Shown here piece by piece: positions 18,300 through 20,000 of a stretch of 20,000 nucleotides of DNA; the stretch's first letter is position 1; each line of letters begins with the position of its first letter. The translations under genes and the position numbers were made by a program. This stretch comes from Spizellomyces punctatus DAOM BR117. Its lineage: Eukaryota. Location of the stretch: assembly GCA_000182565.2 (NCBI GenBank), contig KQ257458.1. One strand, 5' to 3'. Below the pieces are notes generated by a model. That model saw only the letters and a list, made by a program, of their open reading frames with translations. It did no database searches and was not told the origin of the DNA.

Positions 18300-20000
18300 A
18301 TGCGCGCCCTCCAATTCACGACACTCCTCACCCTCCTCGCATCCGCGTCGGCATTCTATCTCCCAGGAGTAGCACCCAAAGACTACCGCAAGGAAGCGCC
18401 AGTGGAATTGGCTGTGAACGTCCTTACCTCTGCCGACACACTCCTGCCGTACGACTATTATTATGAGAAATTTCATCATGTAAAGCCAGAGACCGAGGAG
18501 AATAAGCGGGAGAGTTTGGGGAGTATATTGTTTGGGGATCGGTTGCATAACTCTGCGTTCAAGGTGTGTGACGGTAAATGGTAAAGAGTAGAAAGGCTAT
18601 TGATCTCGTCTTTTTCTTCATAGTTGAAAATGTTGATCAATGAGACATGTCAACTGTTGGGTGAAGTGACCGTCCCGGCCGCTGATGCAAAGTTTATTAA
18701 CCTCAGGTACTTGGAACTTTCTGATTTGTTTACTATGCATCTCATCTAATACGCCGCGCCCTGTAGAATAAAAGAACAGTACCAGCACAACTGGTACGTG
18801 GACGGTCTCCCCGCTGCATCTCTTGTCACATACTCCGACGACGACTCGGACGAAGACAAGTACTACAGCATTGGGTTTGATATGGGGCAATACGACCATG
18901 ATGCGGTAGGTTTCACTGTAACAAGACGAAACCTACGCAGTTTTAATAATTCGGTTGTGCAGGCAAACCCCACAATGTACTTGAACAATCATTATGACAT
19001 CCATATCAGATATCATTCGGATGAAAAGAATGACTTGTATCGAGTTGTTGGGATTCTTGTGTGGCCTTACAGGTAGTTTCCTTTGTTATGTGCCCCTGGT
19101 TACGGGAGCTAATGTTTTATTAGTGTCAAGAGCTGGCCTGATAAGAGCGATTGTATACCTGACCCAAAGCAAATTCCAACGATGCAGTTGAGCGAGACGG
19201 CGGAGACAAAGGTTCGGTACACGTATAATGTGTTTTGGGAGGTAGGTTTTGTATATTAGCTGGATGCACTTTACAGACGCCAGTTCTGAGTTTTCTAAAT
19301 TGTAGTGGTCGTCTGTATCATGGGGCACGCGGTGGGACCACTACCTGTACACCCTCGACCCTCAGATTCACTGGTTCAGGTAAACGCCAGCTTGCTCACA
19401 TTAGCACCATTCCCATGCTAACACACTCCCCAGCATCGTCAACTCGATCGTCATTGTATTTATGCTCACGGGGATGATTGGTATGATCCTCCTCCGGGCG
19501 CTCCACAAGGATATTGCGCGGTACAACACGTTTGGAGACGAAGATGGGGGCCAGGAAGACTTTGGATGGAAGCTTGTCCATGCAGATGTGTTTAGGCCTC
19601 CTACCCACCGTATGCTCTTGTCGGTTTTGTTGGGTAATGGAGCACAATTGCTCTGTATGACCGGAATTACCCTTGGTATGAGTCTGTTTTATCTTTGAGA
19701 TTGACTCTTAGTTACGACACGAAACTAACCTAAACCTCTATTTTTATAGTATTCGCCGTTCTTGGTTTCTTGTCACCTTCTTCTCGCGGATCCTTGTCGA
19801 CCGTAGCCCTCATCTTTTATGTCTGCTTTGCTTCCGTGGCTGGATACGTTTCTGCGAGGGTGTACAAGATGCTTCAAGGAGAGTACTGGAGGCGAAATGT
19901 CGTCATGACAGCTACTCTTGTTCCAGGGTACGTTTATCTTCGCTTCCGGACAATTCGCAATCTGACACATTTGATTTAGGGTGGTTTTTTTGATTTCATC
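18300..20000 (+). CDS. EMP70: Transmembrane 9 superfamily (nonaspanin, EMP70/TM9SF2/4-like) protein, 3'-truncated by the window
   Basis: Exons 18300-18563, 18624-18706, 18767-18905, 18963-19072, 19124-19241, 19306-19379, 19434-19675, 19750-19927 and 19980 onward. A signal peptide is followed by FYLPGVAPKDY, ESLGSILFGDRL, WYVDGLPAA, WGTRWDHYL, IHWFSIVNS, ALHKDIARYN, GWKLVHADVFRPP and LGFLSPSSRGSL. Confidence 0.95.

Noticed and set aside
1..20000. Transposons, viral insertions, CRISPR arrays, tRNA and rRNA genes
   Set aside because: No transposase, reverse transcriptase or capsid motifs, long terminal repeats, spaced repeat arrays or cloverleaf/box A-B patterns were seen.

Overview
Gene-dense, intron-rich eukaryotic DNA, most likely from a flagellated (zoosporic, chytrid-type) fungus. 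That assignment is an inference from two intraflagellar-transport genes sitting beside fungal-type PMR1, Aim18/46-like and MATA-HMG genes, with GT-AG introns of mostly 51-77 nt. Gene order: a possible 5' exon running off the left edge (-), IFT56/TTC26 (+, 12 exons), SPN1/IWS1 (+, 5 exons), a MATA-class HMG-box transcription factor (+, 3 coding exons), a mitochondrial chalcone-isomerase-fold protein (+, 6 exons), an uncertain orphan or pseudogene (-), an alpha/beta hydrolase (-, 5 exons), a PMR1/SPCA Ca2+/Mn2+ ATPase (+, 15 exons), IFT27/RABL4 (-, 6 exons) and a TM9SF/EMP70 gene (+, truncated by the window end). I saw no mobile element, CRISPR array, tRNA or rRNA. The main leads are a candidate box C/D snoRNA in the oversized PMR1 intron 1, the HMG factor (a Prf1/Ste11-like candidate mating or developmental regulator whose two introns share an identical 11-nt donor context), a second oversized structured intron, and a recurrent promoter motif. 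All exon boundaries were assembled by eye and are unverified.
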